64,000 nucleotides of DNA, from IMG/VR virus record IMGVR_UViG_3300029310_000003; one strand, given 5' to 3'. Within the stretch, counting starts at the first letter, position 1, and each line of letters starts with the position of its first letter. Position numbers and translations under genes: made by a program. The notes under the pieces were generated by a model that saw nothing but the letters and a program-made list of their open reading frames with translations, was not told the DNA's origin and searched no databases. Origin of the DNA: a virus. This document shows, one piece after another, positions 16,977 through 25,166 of the stretch.

Positions 16977-17857
16977 ATATCCTCCATCCCTTCAAGAACC
17001 ATTTGCCCCGGCAGAACGCCGTCTTCCATCCACCAGTGCATCACGTCCTCGCCGGTCTGCCACGCGCACGGAAGTTCTCGCTTGCGCCGTTCCTCAAGCA
17101 TCCTGTCAAACGCTCGGATATACGCGGCCTTGATCTTTGGGTAACGCGCGAACTCCACCTTCCGGTGCTTGCCTGCAATCGGGCAGCCGATACAACCCAC
17201 GCGTTTCCATCCGCATTCATACAGCGGATTCATGCAAATCTTTTCGGCAGAAGCGTAGTCCAACACGTCAGATTCCTGCCAGTCAATGATTGGGTTGACC
17301 GTCCTGGTCCCCTTGAGCTGGCAGTTTTCCATCAGCATGCGGCTTTCGTCATTGTCGTTCATCAGCATCAGCCGCTTGGATTTGTCCCTGTGCAGCGCCT
17401 CCATGACTCCGCGGGATTTGCGCTTTTGCGACTCGGCCCACCGGACGCCGGTAGCGATCCACCTCCCGCGGCCGCTGGTCTCTTTGAGCACCGCGCAGCA
17501 GTAGCGTACCAGGCGTGTCGGCGGCATGAGTTTGCGCGGAATCAAATTCCACATGGTTACATTCGTTCCGTCTGGGCGCTTGTGCGTATCAACGTCGCAC
17601 TTTACCCCCGCCAGCTCCAACCGCCGGAAGGTATCCAGCACATGCCGCACCGTCTCCGGCGCATCTGCTGTCGTCAGCGAGTGCAGCACCTCATACGGTA
17701 TCCCTGCCGCGCAAGCCAGATGCAGCAGCACGTCAGAGTCCTTGCCGCCGGAGTATGTGATTACCAGCGGTTGCTTGTAGAGCCGTAAGCTCATATCCGA
17801 GGCCATTTTCAGCCGCTCAATCGCGGCCCTTTCCAAATCCATTTCATTTCCCCTCAA
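16973..17857 (-). CDS. PAPS-reductase / ATP-pyrophosphatase-family protein
   Basis: PP-loop ITYSGGKDSDV and a C-terminal Cys cluster CGWKRVGCIGCP. Confidence 0.75.
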   Translation of the reverse strand: MRGNEMDLERAAIERLKMASDMSLRLYKQPLVITYSGGKDSDVLLHLACAAGIPYEVLHSLTTADAPETVRHVLDTFRRLELAGVKCDVDTHKRPDGTNVTMWNLIPRKLMPPTRLVRYCCAVLKETSGRGRWIATGVRWAESQKRKSRGVMEALHRDKSKRLMLMNDNDESRMLMENCQLKGTRTVNPIIDWQESDVLDYASAEKICMNPLYECGWKRVGCIGCPIAGKHRKVEFARYPKIKAAYIRAFDRMLEERRKRELPCAWQTGEDVMHWWMEDGVLPGQMVLEGMEDI

Positions 17858-18341
17858 AATCGTACTTCGGCATTTCCGCCCACGCGATCACGTCGTCCCA
17901 ATCTCCGCGTTCCTCCAATCCAAACGAATGGTTTTCCCAATCGTCGGTATCGACGCGGCACACATCTTTGTCCACTCCCCACTCGGTTGCGATTAGGATT
18001 TCCTGCTCATCATCAGGCATAGGGCAGTCGAACATATACTCCGGGATTTCAAAATCCAAATAGCCATGCTCGGAAAATTCAGTTTTTTCCGCATCCGTCA
18101 GTGGGCGTTCGTTGAGTTTATGCCACAATACCGGCTCGACAAACTCTCCCATTGTGCTGCCGTCCCGCCTCACAGCGTACTGTAGTGCCTTGCGCTTGAT
18201 TAGAGACAGAAGCGTTTGAATCTGAAGATTCATGAACCGCTTTCGGTTCCAAATTCTCCCGTTCCAATAGATGTTTTCTTGCAGCACCAAATCGTCCAGC
18301 GACCGAATGCAATCGCCTTTCATGTATTTGGGTTTACTCAT
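17844..18341 (-). CDS. hypothetical phage protein
   Basis: About 165 aa with an acidic C-terminal half. Start is 18341 or 18356. Confidence 0.45.
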   Translation of the reverse strand: MSKPKYMKGDCIRSLDDLVLQENIYWNGRIWNRKRFMNLQIQTLLSLIKRKALQYAVRRDGSTMGEFVEPVLWHKLNERPLTDAEKTEFSEHGYLDFEIPEYMFDCPMPDDEQEILIATEWGVDKDVCRVDTDDWENHSFGLEERGDWDDVIAWAEMPKYDFEGK

Positions 18342-18537
18342 TTCCTTTTCTCCCATTCCAATCCGCCGAACATAGTCGTTTGCTCCATGTCCGGTTTCTT
18401 TTTCTGCGCCGCCATCCGTTTCTCAACCGGCCTTCATAAATCACGATCATCCAGTCCACGACACTGCTATAGCCAATTTCGATGTGCATCGGTATCCGCG
18501 ACCTTACTTTGTCGAAGAATCTCAGAAAATCATCCAT
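18334..18537 (-). CDS. doubtful small ORF
   Basis: MDDFLRFFDKV... has an implausibly R/K-rich tail. An alternative 25-aa ORF exists in another frame. Could be a frameshifted gene. Confidence 0.25.
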   Translation of the reverse strand: MDDFLRFFDKVRSRIPMHIEIGYSSVVDWMIVIYEGRLRNGWRRRKRNRTWSKRLCSADWNGRKGNE

Positions 18538-19192
18538 TTTCGTCCCCGTACCTTTCTTTGATTGCCGCTTTTGCCTCTTCTTCCGTCTTGAATACGTAAC
18601 CCGCTCTGTTACGGTCATCGCCACTGTCAACATTCAACGTTTCCGTACTCCATATATTCATGCGGTTGCTAGAATCGAAGCAGAGCAACATCCTGACATT
18701 CGTGATTTTTGACTTTTTTGGGAAATACGTTGATTTTGAAACGGTTCCGTAGCCTCTGCACGTGGGGCAGTCAATTTCAAACGTCTCCCCGCCAATGTCA
18801 GCCGACACTTTCTTTTTGCCGCCGCACTTCTCGCAGGTATGCCGTTCGTATTCCGAACCGATCACCCAGCACTCATCGCCGGGTCGGAAGTCCTTTGTCA
18901 GATGGTTGACGATTGCCTTGACCTGCCTTGCAGGAACCTCGTGCGCTTCGACATAGACCTTCTGCTCACGAAGCTGCTTGACTTCTTCCTCAAGCTTCGC
19001 TTTATGCCAATTCAGGCTGGAAACCTCGCTTCTGATTTCATCGGCTTTCGTCTTCGCCTCGTTGGCATCGTCCATCAGCTGCTTTACTTCCTCGGTCAGC
19101 TCATTCCAGAGCGCAGCCTTTGCGTCCTCAATGATCTGCTCGGCTTTTGACGGCTCCGAAAACATCTCGTCGTATTCCTCGAAATAACTCAT
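18530..19192 (-). CDS. coiled-coil / zinc-ribbon phage protein
   Basis: 220 aa from MSYFEEYDEMF with a long coiled coil and CEKCGGKKKV...CPTCRGYG. Confidence 0.5.
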   Translation of the reverse strand: MSYFEEYDEMFSEPSKAEQIIEDAKAALWNELTEEVKQLMDDANEAKTKADEIRSEVSSLNWHKAKLEEEVKQLREQKVYVEAHEVPARQVKAIVNHLTKDFRPGDECWVIGSEYERHTCEKCGGKKKVSADIGGETFEIDCPTCRGYGTVSKSTYFPKKSKITNVRMLLCFDSSNRMNIWSTETLNVDSGDDRNRAGYVFKTEEEAKAAIKERYGDENG

Positions 19193-19241
19193 GTTTTTGC
19201 TTTCATCCTTTCTGCATCGGCGCGAAGCGCCCGCGCAAAAT

Positions 19242-19634
19242 TCAAATTTTCGCATCGAACACCGTTCCGCAACGCTTGTACCGGAATCCCGACCACATAG
19301 CTGAGCTGCCATGACCGTCTGCGGCTTCCTGCCTGAATTCACCCTTGTGCTGGAAGAACTTCACCACAAATTCAGATTCAAAATCCTCAACCGTGACGAT
19401 ATCCCACTCGAAGATCTTTTCACCATGAATATCGTCCATGCCTGTGTACTGCCCCACCGTCTCCGGATTGACCTCCACGGCCGTGTCAAACGGCTTCCCG
19501 CTGTCGATGAAAGTCTTTCCTCCGCACGCGCACCCGTCGCTTTCCTTTCGGACGATCAGATTTCCGTACACCCACTCGCCGTTGTCCACACGCTTACCTC
19601 GAAAAAGAATGTCCCTCAATTCAATGCCTCCCAT
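19242..19634 (-). CDS. YopX-family protein
   Basis: ILFRGKRVDNGEWVYGNL...GQYTGMDDIHGEKIFEWDIV is the YopX signature. Confidence 0.7.
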   Translation of the reverse strand: MGGIELRDILFRGKRVDNGEWVYGNLIVRKESDGCACGGKTFIDSGKPFDTAVEVNPETVGQYTGMDDIHGEKIFEWDIVTVEDFESEFVVKFFQHKGEFRQEAADGHGSSAMWSGFRYKRCGTVFDAKI

Positions 19635-19676
19635 TGTTTTTCGTTTGAGAACTTCTGTGTCGCTCCCTATATTTCC

Positions 19677-19721
19677 ATCATACGAATCGCCACAAATATT
19701 TTTTGTACATCGTTATGTAAA
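19677..19721 (-). promoter_or_regulatory. TGTACAAAAAACATTTG-type promoter (copy S2) heading the early operon
   Basis: On the minus strand: TTTACA-N6-TGTACAAAAAATATTTG-N10-TATGAT, about 40 nt upstream of the YopX start. Confidence 0.5.
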
Positions 19722-20132
19722 CGCACAGCATCCCGCTTTCGCCCATCACCACCCACACCGGACCGTTGCCTACCTGCACACTACCTGACCTTCCGTCGAA
19801 GCACTTCCGAAGGGAACCTGTATCGTTGCCGAAAGGCAACCGCGCAAATTTTATTTTTTGAGGTATGACCTATCGCCTTTTCATTTTTTCACCTCAGAAT
19901 TGGAAAACCACCCCCTCCCCATTTTAAGGAAGAAGAAATGGACGCATCGTCAGCGCACAGAACGTAAAGCGCCGAGTTGATCGCGCACGCCGGATGTATT
20001 TAGAATCAGATAGAGGTCGAGTGAGTGAACGTGGAGGTGGGGGGAAGTGCTATGCGTGGTTACGAAAACAGAAGCCCGTCTTGACTTGTAAAATGGGGGC
20101 GGCTTGCATTTCTGCCGTCTCGGTTCCGGATT

Positions 20133-20163
20133 CCGTTTACATTAGTGCCAATAATGTAAACGG
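20133..20163. repeat. perfect 12-bp-stem inverted repeat
   Basis: CCGTTTACATTA-GTGCCAA-TAATGTAAACGG in a non-coding region. Confidence 0.9.
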
Positions 20164-20480
20164 AAGTTGGCTATAATTGAATGATATCTTGCAAAACTCG
20201 GATTTGCCCGAACTTTTGACGATTTTTCGAGTTCTGAGGCGCTGCCTGGGGTCGTTTCCCTTGTCCGTTGCTATGGCAACAAAACGGGTCAGACAAGCCG
20301 GAACCGCTGAACACGGCGGAGCCGTGAACACTTTCCCCGCCCTGGCCTTGTGTTCCTGTATGCGCTGGCAATGGCTGGCGTGAGAGTGGCCGGAAGTTTG
20401 CCGGGCTGAGATGTGCCGCGCTTGCATAGGTGGGAGTAAATGAAACGGGAGTAAACTATACTTTAACCGTGGGCGTGTAA

Positions 20481-20539
20481 AACGTGTGCGCACATACGCG
20501 CACGGGCGCATACACGCGCGACGCGCGCGCACGCACGCA
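20481..20539. repeat. alternating purine-pyrimidine (Z-DNA-prone) tract
   Basis: ACGTGTGCGCACATACGCGCACG/GGCGCATACACGCGCG/ACGCGCGCGCACGCACGCA forms three runs of perfect RY alternation. Confidence 0.85.
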
Positions 20540-20620
20540 ATATTAATTGTATGTAGATACAGTTAAGCCGCCTCGACGTTTAGCCGGGGCGGCGTGGTGG
20601 ATGTATGGCGGGGCGTTGCT

Positions 20621-21337
20621 TTAGGCTTGGGCGCGGTAGCGGCTGCGGATGGAGTTGATGCGGCGTTGAACTGCTGATTTGCTCATGCCGAGCGCAGAGG
20701 CAATAGCGCGGACGGTGAGACCGACTGCAAGCGCCTGTATGATCTGTCGATCGGTGTTGTCGGCGGCTGTTGCCTCGATGGCGGCGCGGATGATGGCGGC
20801 ATCTTCTGGGCTGCTGGCGGGGGCGGCTGTGACGCTTGGGAGTGCGTCTAGTGCGGTTTGATCGGCTGTGTCTCCGTCCGCGTCGCTGGCTATGATTCGG
20901 CAGCAGTTGGAGGTGTGGCGATACTCTGCGCGGGCTATGGTGTGTACGGCCTGCGTGCAGGCGGCGAAGAGAATGAATGCGAGCATGTGCGGTTCTTCGG
21001 CCTGCTCGTTGCGGGCCAGGGCCGGAGCTACGCGGGGCCAGGCTTCGGCGGCGACGGTCTGCGCGTCGTCGGCTGTGCGCATCCATGCCGTGTCAGCGCT
21101 GCGGCCTGTAGCTTCGGCGCGGCCTTTGACGGTCCACGCCATTCTCTGCAATGCGGTATACTGTTCCTCACCGCTCATATTCTCCCACTCACGGCGGACG
21201 CTCTGCGCGGCTCTGGCGGCCTCGTGGGCGGCTTTCAGGCATAATGCGAACTGGGCGCGGCTGCGCGTCTCTGGGAACTCTGCGACGGTGGCGCGGTAGA
21301 GGCTCCACGCCTTGCGCATGATCTGGCTTTTGTTCAT
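20621..21337 (-). CDS. sigma70 region-4-like / LuxR-type HTH protein
   Basis: C-terminal DRQIIQALAVGLTVRAIASALGMSKSAVQRRINSIR. The N-terminal two thirds are unrecognisable. Sits in a GC-rich block. Confidence 0.55.
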   Translation of the reverse strand: MNKSQIMRKAWSLYRATVAEFPETRSRAQFALCLKAAHEAARAAQSVRREWENMSGEEQYTALQRMAWTVKGRAEATGRSADTAWMRTADDAQTVAAEAWPRVAPALARNEQAEEPHMLAFILFAACTQAVHTIARAEYRHTSNCCRIIASDADGDTADQTALDALPSVTAAPASSPEDAAIIRAAIEATAADNTDRQIIQALAVGLTVRAIASALGMSKSAVQRRINSIRSRYRAQA

Positions 21338-21433
21338 GGTGACGGTCTCCTTTTTCGTTTCATTTGATGGGGGCGGGGCCGCTTTGGTGCCCGGTGCGGC
21401 TCTGCTAGGGTGTCCGGGGTGGGGGCTGTGCCC

Positions 21434-21610
21434 TCAGAAGCTCGGCTGTAGCTTGATCTCCCAACGGCCACAAATGTCGCCTGCGGCGTTTTTCTCGGCC
21501 TTTTTCAGGGCCTTTTCGATTGCTGCCGCTTTGTTGGGTGCGCTCACGGTAAATGCTTGGTGCTTGCCGCCATTATCCACGCAGCGGAATGCGAACTTGT
21601 AGCTGCTCAT
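21434..21610 (-). CDS. small hypothetical protein
   Basis: MSSYKFAFRCVDNGGKHQAFTVSAPNKAAAIEKALKKAEK... ATGA overlap with the upstream stop. Confidence 0.45.
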   Translation of the reverse strand: MSSYKFAFRCVDNGGKHQAFTVSAPNKAAAIEKALKKAEKNAAGDICGRWEIKLQPSF

Positions 21611-21837
21611 GCTCTCACCTCCCCGACGGTGAATTCTCCGGCCCATGCCTGCAAGATGCTGCCGTGCTCCATGACGGCGGTGATCCAGCCGCTGACGTTC
21701 GCGGCCTTGCGGCAGCGGATGATCTGCCCGCGTCCGGCGTTGTAGTCGATTCGCAGGCCCTCGGCGGATGCGGCGCGGATCTCTTCGGGCGTGTGCCACT
21801 GCGGGCGGTCCGTGGGACTAATGTTGATCTTCTGCAT
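21607..21837 (-). CDS. hypothetical protein
   Basis: 76-aa ORF in the operon. Confidence 0.45.
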   Translation of the reverse strand: MQKINISPTDRPQWHTPEEIRAASAEGLRIDYNAGRGQIIRCRKAANVSGWITAVMEHGSILQAWAGEFTVGEVRA

Positions 21838-21893
21838 GGTGTATGCTCCTTTCAGGTTGTCCCGGCGGCGTGTGCCGCCGGGGTGGTTAGTAT

Positions 21894-22652
21894 TCAGATG
21901 ATGTACAGTGTGCCGTTGATCTCGGCGCTGATTGCTTCCTGCTGCATCTCGTCTTTGATCTGCTGGGCCAGTGTCAGAACGTCCGGCAGGCGTTCGCGGA
22001 GCTGGTCGGCGGTGCAGGCGGCGTATACGATGGTCACGGCCTCACGGATCAGCCTGGCGGACTCGCTGAGCCAATAGCCAGCGCTTTGCTGGGCGGTTGC
22101 GCCGCCGAACCAACCGCAAAACTCGCGCGCGACGCGTTCGACCTGCGCGGCGTTGTCGGTGGCGTGGTTGATGTCCTGCGTGCCGGGTACGTAGAGCGCG
22201 ACGCGCTGCGGGAGAGTCACGGCTCCGGCCTGCTGCATGATCTCGGTGGTGTCCTGCACTTCCTGCGCGGGTGCTTCCTGCTCCTGCGGCGCGGGCGGCG
22301 CGTACTTGCTCATAGCCTGCGCAAGCTGGTTGATGTGCGCGGGGTGGATTTCTGCGGGTTGGTAGATGCTCTTTGCTTCCAGCTCGTCACGGGTCGCGGC
22401 GGTCTCGATGGTGGCGGCCCACTCGCGGGAGCTGGGCCAGATTCTGCCGTCCCACTCGCCGACGGTGTTCACGATTTCAGCGATTGCTTCGCGGGCGGTA
22501 TCGTATCCGATCTGCTCCACGATAGCGGCGACGGTCTCGGCGGGGGTCCGGTCGCTGGTTTCGCAGTAGATGTTTACCACGGTTTTGATGTTCGCGCGGG
22601 TGGTCTTGATCTGCTCGCGGCGGGCGGTGATCTCGGTTGCATTCATTTTCAT
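21894..22652 (-). CDS. hypothetical protein (first gene leftward of the divergent control region)
   Basis: 252 aa, A/E/Q-rich. No motif I can name with confidence. Confidence 0.5.
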   Translation of the reverse strand: MKMNATEITARREQIKTTRANIKTVVNIYCETSDRTPAETVAAIVEQIGYDTAREAIAEIVNTVGEWDGRIWPSSREWAATIETAATRDELEAKSIYQPAEIHPAHINQLAQAMSKYAPPAPQEQEAPAQEVQDTTEIMQQAGAVTLPQRVALYVPGTQDINHATDNAAQVERVAREFCGWFGGATAQQSAGYWLSESARLIREAVTIVYAACTADQLRERLPDVLTLAQQIKDEMQQEAISAEINGTLYII

Positions 22653-22713
22653 ATTGGTTTCTCCTTTCCCTTGCGGGGCGTTCGTTGTTTCATTTGATGG
22701 CTTTATTATATAT

Positions 22714-22877
22714 ATGATTAATCATATTGTCAAAACAGCGTTTTAGTTATGATTAATCGTATTTTACTATATGATTAACCGCATTGTATCCTTGAATAGT
22801 TCGGGATTTCCATCTTTTCGTGGATTTTTCGTGTTAATCATACATTTTGCGAAAAGTTCACCAAATGTTAATCGCAT
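22714..22877. promoter_or_regulatory. operator array: five ATGATTAAYC sites
   Basis: Perfect palindrome ATGATTAATCAT at 22714-22725. Related sites at 22749-22760 and 22771-22782. Inverted copies at 22831-22841 and 22867-22877. Confidence 0.55.
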
Positions 22878-22897
22878 ATTTTGTTCAATTCGACAGT

Positions 22898-22925
22898 GGT
22901 ACATAAAGTCAAAACCCGGTAGAAT
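22898..22925 (+). promoter_or_regulatory. GGGACA-N16-TAGAAT-type promoter (variant GGTACA)
   Basis: GGTACA-16 nt-TAGAAT, 35 nt upstream of the ATG at 22961. Confidence 0.45.
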
Positions 22926-22960
22926 AAAAAATAAAATCACCCAGATCGGGGGCATACAAT

Positions 22961-23260
22961 ATGAGCATCAAAAACCCAAACAGTGCGAAGACGGACGCGG
23001 AGCGTCGCGCACAAAATAAGTGGGAGCAGGCAAACCGCGTGACGCTGGGCGTGCGCCTGAGCAAGGCAGACGGCGAAGCGTTCCGGGCGTGGTGCGCGGC
23101 GCGTGGTCAGACGGTCAACGCGGCGCTTTCGTCCTACGTCGCGGACTGTCTGCGGGGGTCCGCTTTCCCGGATCAGGCCGCGCCGGAAAATTCCCCAGCT
23201 TCGCAAAAAACCGGAGCCGCCGAAGCTCCGAAAATTCCGGCCGAAGATTCCGGGGACTGA
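22961..23260 (+). CDS. possible ribbon-helix-helix (CopG/MobC-like) protein
   Basis: VTLGVRLSKADGEAFRAWCAARGQTVNAALSSYVADCL shows a strand-helix-helix pattern with a disordered P/A-rich tail. Confidence 0.4.
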   Translation: MSIKNPNSAKTDAERRAQNKWEQANRVTLGVRLSKADGEAFRAWCAARGQTVNAALSSYVADCLRGSAFPDQAAPENSPASQKTGAAEAPKIPAEDSGD

Positions 23261-23334
23261 ACAGCCGCTTTCCAAAAACTCCGGGGCCTGACGGCCTGAA
23301 CAGCGCTGCCGGAAAATCCGGGGAAAATACAGAA

Positions 23335-23367
23335 CAGCGTCCGAGAAAAACTCGGGCGCTGTTTTTT
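23335..23367 (+). terminator. rho-independent terminator
   Basis: CAGCGTCCGAG-AAAAA-CTCGGGCGCTG followed by TTTTTT. Confidence 0.6.
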
Positions 23368-23377
23368 GCGCTTGAGC

Positions 23378-23405
23378 GGGACAAAAGCAGAAAACGGAGC
23401 AGAGT
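23378..23405 (+). promoter_or_regulatory. GGGACA-N16-CAGAGT promoter-like motif
   Basis: Exact GGGACAAA, then CAGAGT after 16 nt. ATG at 23448. Confidence 0.5.
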
Positions 23406-23447
23406 ATAAATCAGAAACAAAATCACACCGAACGGAGGAACTTCAAA

Positions 23448-23939
23448 ATGACGAATAAAGAGCTTGGCAGCGCGATCCGCGCGACACTGAAAACGGCAGG
23501 CTATGCACCGCGTGATATATCGGTCCGTGTCCGGGACTGCGGCTACAGCACGAGCGCGAGCGTGACGATCAAGAACCCGGAAATCCGCCGGGAAAGCGTG
23601 GAGCGCCTGCTTTCCAAATTTGAGAGCATCGACCGCGACTATGCGACGGGCGAAATTCTGGCAGGCGGCAACTGCTACTTATTCGTAGACTACGCGGACG
23701 GAATTTTCGACGTACCGGCGCAGGAGATGGCAACGACGGCAGCGGGCATTCTCCGGGAAAAACGGGAATGCATCCGCATTTTCGACGGTCTTTACCTCTG
23801 CAACATCCACGGGCGCACGGAGCTTCGCCAGCAGAACGGCAGCGGAAGCTTTTCACGTCAGATCGGCGGCTTTTCGCTTCTGAATGAGCTGTGCATTGCC
23901 ATGTATAAGTATGCAAAATTCGGGACCATAGCGCCCTGA
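23448..23939 (+). CDS. LPD29-like domain protein
   Basis: KELGSAIRATLKTAGYAPRDISVRVRDCGYSTSASVTIKNPEI resembles the large-polyvalent-protein-associated domain 29. Recognised from memory only. Confidence 0.4.
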   Translation: MTNKELGSAIRATLKTAGYAPRDISVRVRDCGYSTSASVTIKNPEIRRESVERLLSKFESIDRDYATGEILAGGNCYLFVDYADGIFDVPAQEMATTAAGILREKRECIRIFDGLYLCNIHGRTELRQQNGSGSFSRQIGGFSLLNELCIAMYKYAKFGTIAP

Positions 23940-24014
23940 CGGTGCGGCATGCGAACCAAAAAAACCAGAAAAACCAAGGAAAACGCAGAATCCGGCAAAA
24001 CCAGAAAAAGCAGA

Positions 24015-24042
24015 AAGCCGTCCCATTCGGGGCGGCTTTTTT
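24015..24042 (+). terminator. rho-independent terminator
   Basis: AAGCCGTCCC-ATTC-GGGGCGGCTT followed by TTTT. Confidence 0.6.
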
Positions 24043-24130
24043 GCGTCCGGATGTACAAAAAACCACTTACACGGCCTGCTATGCTGGGATCATGGGGCCC
24101 CGCAAAAAATGAAAAAAGTCCGAAATCGGC

Positions 24131-24158
24131 GGGACAAATCCGGATTTCCGTGCAGAAC
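24131..24158 (+). promoter_or_regulatory. GGGACA-N16-CAGAAC promoter-like motif
   Basis: Exact motif. ATG at 24198. Confidence 0.5.
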
Positions 24159-24197
24159 AAAAACTGTAAAGAAATCACCCAAAAAGGAGACAAAACC

Positions 24198-24299
24198 ATG
24201 AAGCCTGAAACTTTCAAAACGATCATTCGCGGATTTCTGCTGACCGTTCTTTTCATCGTGATCTTCAGCGCGGACGCGCTGATCGAGTACATTTTCTGA
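24198..24299 (+). CDS. 33-aa hydrophobic peptide
   Basis: MKPETFKTIIRGFLLTVLFIVIFSADALIEYIF. RBS AAGGAGA. Has its own motif promoter. Confidence 0.4.
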   Translation: MKPETFKTIIRGFLLTVLFIVIFSADALIEYIF

Positions 24300-24373
24300 G
24301 GGAGGAAAAAATCATGACCGTCTATTCCTGGGAAATTTCCGAGCAGGAGATCGAATAAAAATCTGAAATTTCC

Positions 24374-24401
24374 GGGACAAATCCGAAAAACCCGGCAGAA
24401 C
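24374..24401 (+). promoter_or_regulatory. GGGACA-N16-CAGAAC promoter-like motif
   Basis: Exact motif. ATG at 24435. Confidence 0.5.
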
Positions 24402-24434
24402 AGTCCATAGAACAGAAACAGGAGGAACCCCCCA

Positions 24435-25079
24435 ATGAAAAATTTCGAGACCATCGCCAAAACCATTGAAAACCAGCTGAATTCCGGAAATTCCCGTATG
24501 ACCATCTGTACGCAGAACGAATTCGGCGGCGTGTATTTTCTGCACGTCACCATGACGGGCGCAAAGATCGAGCCGTATGCGCAGTACAAGGAAAGTCTCC
24601 TGCTTCTGTTCAAGAAGCGCGGAGGCCGCACGGTGTACGGGATGCGCATCTACGGCGAGAAGCCCATCGCGATTTTCAGCGGCTGGCCGGAAACGACCTA
24701 CGAGCAGCCGAAAAGCTTCTGGTGCTTTGATAAAAATCTGTTTTACGGCCTTGTGGACGGATTCCCGCAGGAGCTGAAGCTTGCGGAGGAATCGGAGCGC
24801 GTCCACCTCGCAGAAATTCAGGCGAAGGGCAAGGTCTACCGCGTCATCACGATGAACGAAGCCCGGCGCATGACCATCGCAGAATTCCAAACCGCCGACG
24901 AATTGAAAGCCGCCTTTGAATCCACGGGAGAATTCCACAGCGTATCCTGCCGGGCCGAGCTGCAAGGCGCACCGAAGCTAAAGAATTTCTGCGGGCCGAT
25001 GTACGACGGAACGGACGAAGCCGGAAATTCGGTCATCCGCTACGAATCGCGCGAGGTGTACGAAATTCTGAGCGCATAA
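24435..25079 (+). CDS. hypothetical protein
   Basis: 214 aa with RBS AGGAGGA. No motif. Confidence 0.55.
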   Translation: MKNFETIAKTIENQLNSGNSRMTICTQNEFGGVYFLHVTMTGAKIEPYAQYKESLLLLFKKRGGRTVYGMRIYGEKPIAIFSGWPETTYEQPKSFWCFDKNLFYGLVDGFPQELKLAEESERVHLAEIQAKGKVYRVITMNEARRMTIAEFQTADELKAAFESTGEFHSVSCRAELQGAPKLKNFCGPMYDGTDEAGNSVIRYESREVYEILSA

Positions 25080-25103
25080 AATTGAAAGAATTCACGGGAA
25101 AGC

Positions 25104-25131
25104 GGGACAAACCCCGCTTTTTCTGTAGAAC
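25104..25131 (+). promoter_or_regulatory. GGGACA-N16-TAGAAC promoter-like motif
   Basis: Exact motif. ATG at 25167. Confidence 0.5.
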
Positions 25132-25166
25132 AGAAACCAGAAAAACCAAACAAGGAGGCATTTCAA

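Noticed and set aside
20118-20135. TCGGTTC+CGGATTCCG resembles the T-arm of tRNA-like element A (34950-34972), a possible att repeat delimiting a 14.8 kb insert
   Set aside because: The match needs a 5-nt deletion and has no flanking similarity. Both promoter-motif families also extend beyond these putative ends. It is too weak to call an att pair without comparative data.
20137-20532. 131-aa minus-strand ORF
   Set aside because: It spans the RY-alternating tract and the inverted repeat. The sequence is R/C/A-rich nonsense with no RBS.
23949-24299. 116-aa ORF-track entry
   Set aside because: Its first two thirds cross a strong terminator and a promoter motif. Only the last 33 codons (24198-24299), which have their own RBS, look like a gene.
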